DNA from: Camelus ferus
Lineage: Eukaryota
DNA length: 64,000 nt
Assembly (NCBI RefSeq): GCF_009834535.1
Contig: NC_045697.1
Span: forward strand, 92,382,001-92,446,000
Direction: 5' to 3'
This document shows positions 63,735 to 64,000 of this stretch, piece by piece. Under the pieces are notes generated by a model that searched no databases, had not been told where the DNA came from, and saw nothing but the letters and a program-made list of their open reading frames with translations. Numbering within the stretch: position 1 is the first letter of the stretch; each line of letters starts with the position of its first letter. The translations under genes and the position numbers were made by a program.

Positions 63735-64000
63735 GATATTCACCCAGAGCCTGGAGCACTTTGTAGTGCCAGAAAGTAAGAACATGCTAAAAAAGGAAAA
63801 ATGTAACAAAATTTAAAAAAATCCCACAGTGATGGGTGTATGTCAGAGGGACACGGGAACCAACTGAGAGTGCTCCCAGTGTCCAAAGCTGGAATGATCT
63901 GAGCGACAAAATGAGTGATACAGTAATCTATTACATCCAAAACTAGTAAATATCTGAGTTCATACTAATATAAATAAATGGTTGAATAAGTAAGTAAATG
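63735..64000 (+). mobile_element. L1MC-like 3' UTR fragment, continuing beyond the window
   Basis: 'gtagtgccagaaagtaagaacatgct...tatgtcagagggacacgggaaccaactgagagtgctcccagtgtccaaagctggaa'. Confidence 0.7.

Noticed and set aside
1..64000. A novel multi-gene, defence or CRISPR-like system
   Set aside because: There are no long ORFs, operon-like structures or repeat-spacer arrays. The content is mammalian interspersed repeats and non-coding DNA.

Overview
This is AT-rich mammalian genomic DNA, most likely from a camelid (camel, alpaca or llama). The taxon call rests on a camelid-type tRNA-derived SINE at ~51.0 kb, cetartiodactyl-type L1 ends, and no recognisable Alu, B1, Bov-A or PRE SINEs. It reads as a large intron or gene desert. 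I find no intact protein-coding gene, RNA gene, CRISPR array or prokaryote-type system. The six-frame ORFs are chance ORFs or decayed transposon frames. Much of the window is old interspersed repeat: L2, MIR, MLT1, hAT MERs, an internally deleted L1M, four ERV1-type solo LTRs and a decayed ERVL provirus with RT-RNaseH-IN-dUTPase order. The non-repeat signals worth following up are a few plus-strand exon-like islands. The best two are a CpG-rich segment behind a long AG-free polypyrimidine tract at 17061, and a 63-nt AG/GT-bounded segment at 52893 that overlaps a frameshifted signal-peptide-like reading and is followed by tandem AATAAA. I could not assign either to a named gene. There are also insertion oddities: a 5'-only L1 bracketed by a near-perfect direct repeat, and a MIR split by two nested insertions. 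Repeat family names come from remembered consensus sequences and need RepeatMasker/Dfam confirmation. Boundaries of old repeats are approximate.
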